A stretch of 64,000 nucleotides of DNA, taken from an uncultured delta proteobacterium (GTDB lineage Bacteria > Myxococcota_A > Polyangia > Fen-1088). The stretch's first letter is position 1, and the number at the start of each line of letters is the position of its first letter. The stretch is from assembly GCA_963737265.1 (NCBI GenBank), contig CAVTRY010000007.1, forward strand, positions 416,001-480,000. Direction: 5' to 3'. Position numbers and translations under genes: made by a program. Below are positions 63,163 to 64,000 of this stretch, piece by piece. Under the pieces are notes generated by a model. It made no database searches. It was not told the DNA's origin and was given only the letters and a program-made list of their open reading frames with translations.

Positions 63163-64000
63163 TCAGCGGGCCGCGGGGGCAGGCAGGGGGACGATGTCGG
63201 CGACGACGCAGGAGACATTGTCCGGGCCGCCGCCTGCGTTGGCCGCCTCGATCAGGTGCGTGGCGGCCTGGTCGGGATCGGCGGTACCGCGCAGCGTGTC
63301 GCGGATCATCTCGGTGCTGACCACGCCGGTGAGGCCGTCGGAGCACAGCAGGTACCTGTCACCGGCCCTGGCGTCGTGCAGCGAGGTGTCCAGTTCCACG
63401 GCGGTGCCGTCGATGGCGCGCAGCAGCAGCGACCGCTGCGGGTGCGAGGCCGCCTCCTCCGGGGTGATCCGGCCCTCGTCCAGCAGCGACTGGACCACCG
63501 TGTGGTCGTGGGTGATCTGGAAAAGCTCACCGTCGCGCAGCAGGTAGGCGCGGCAGTCCCCGATGTGCACCAGGGCGAGCTGGGAGCCGGACAAGAGCAT
63601 GGCGGTCACCGTCGTCCCGGTCTGGCTGTGGCCCTCCCCGGCATTTTCCAGATCGCCGACGGTGACGCTGGCCTGCTCCACCGCCTGCTCCAGGGCGTTG
63701 AGCAGGTCCCCGGCGGGCAGGGCGTCGTCCAGCGGTTTCAGCGCGTCGATGACGGCGGCGCTGGCCCTGGCCCCGCCGCTGCCCATTCCGTCGGCCACGG
63801 CGAGCAGGCGGCTGCCCGCGTAGGCGGAGTCCTGGTTGGTCTCGCGGACCCTGCCGATGTCGGTCCGGGCCGCGTAGCGAATCGCAAGCGCCTCCTGGGC
63901 ACTAGACATGGTGGTCTTCCTTCCTGACAGCGTTGCGATGAGGAAGGCGGCAAGGTCGCGCCGGCTCGCGGTGTCGGCCTCGACCTGGGCCCAGTAGGCG
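63163..64000 (-). CDS. PP2C/PPM phosphatase, probably the C-terminal part of a MerR-PP2C fusion (5' end beyond window)
   Basis: RETNQD, VADGMG, HIGDCRAY, CSDGL, GGPDN; the frame stays open upstream of ATG 63909 (AYWAQVEADTASRRDLAAFLIATLSGRKTT). Confidence 0.85.
   Translation of the reverse strand, partial: AYWAQVEADTASRRDLAAFLIATLSGRKTTMSSAQEALAIRYAARTDIGRVRETNQDSAYAGSRLLAVADGMGSGGARASAAVIDALKPLDDALPAGDLLNALEQAVEQASVTVGDLENAGEGHSQTGTTVTAMLLSGSQLALVHIGDCRAYLLRDGELFQITHDHTVVQSLLDEGRITPEEAASHPQRSLLLRAIDGTAVELDTSLHDARAGDRYLLCSDGLTGVVSTEMIRDTLRGTADPDQAATHLIEAANAGGGPDNVSCVVADIVPLPAPAAR

Noticed and set aside
16600-64000. Many long overlapping Arg/Pro/Gly-rich ORFs in the track
   Set aside because: Alternative-frame and antisense artefacts of very high GC; they overlap well-supported genes.

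Overview
The window does not look like one continuous genome. It reads as three unrelated segments joined in the middle of genes. (1) 1-~10577 is Acidobacteria-like: amidohydrolase, hflX-hfq, a Urate_ox_N/PuuD-like membrane protein, a tandem pair of paralogous secreted proteins, ahcY, metK and a truncated rodZ. (2) ~10578-~16599 is Alphaproteobacteria (Rhizobiales)-like: a truncated D-Ala-D-Ala carboxypeptidase, family-4 UDG, enoyl-CoA hydratase, GH3 glucosidase and msrA. (3) ~16600-64000 is a high-GC actinomycete: aromatic-CoA catabolism genes, a HEAT-like repeat protein, a complete monoderm Tad/Flp pilus locus next to an atypical response regulator, pseudouridine catabolism genes, an F420-LLM, LCP, trxA, PucR/TerC, proS, MFS, an AfsR/SARP-NB-ARC-TPR regulator, a peptide SBP, a group of thiol-related enzymes and a MerR-PP2C fusion. 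Many conserved genes carry single-base frameshifts typical of uncorrected long-read sequence, so I call them CDS rather than pseudogenes. Taxonomic and family assignments come from recognising motifs by eye, not from database searches. I saw no rRNA, tRNA, CRISPR array, transposase or integrase. The best leads are the Tad locus (5x ARDRG repeat in the TadE leader, Asp-to-Glu response regulator), two stop-less in-frame fusions (PRTase-PaaI and PsuG-LLM), a possible thiol-conjugate processing neighbourhood, and several clear operator-like repeats.
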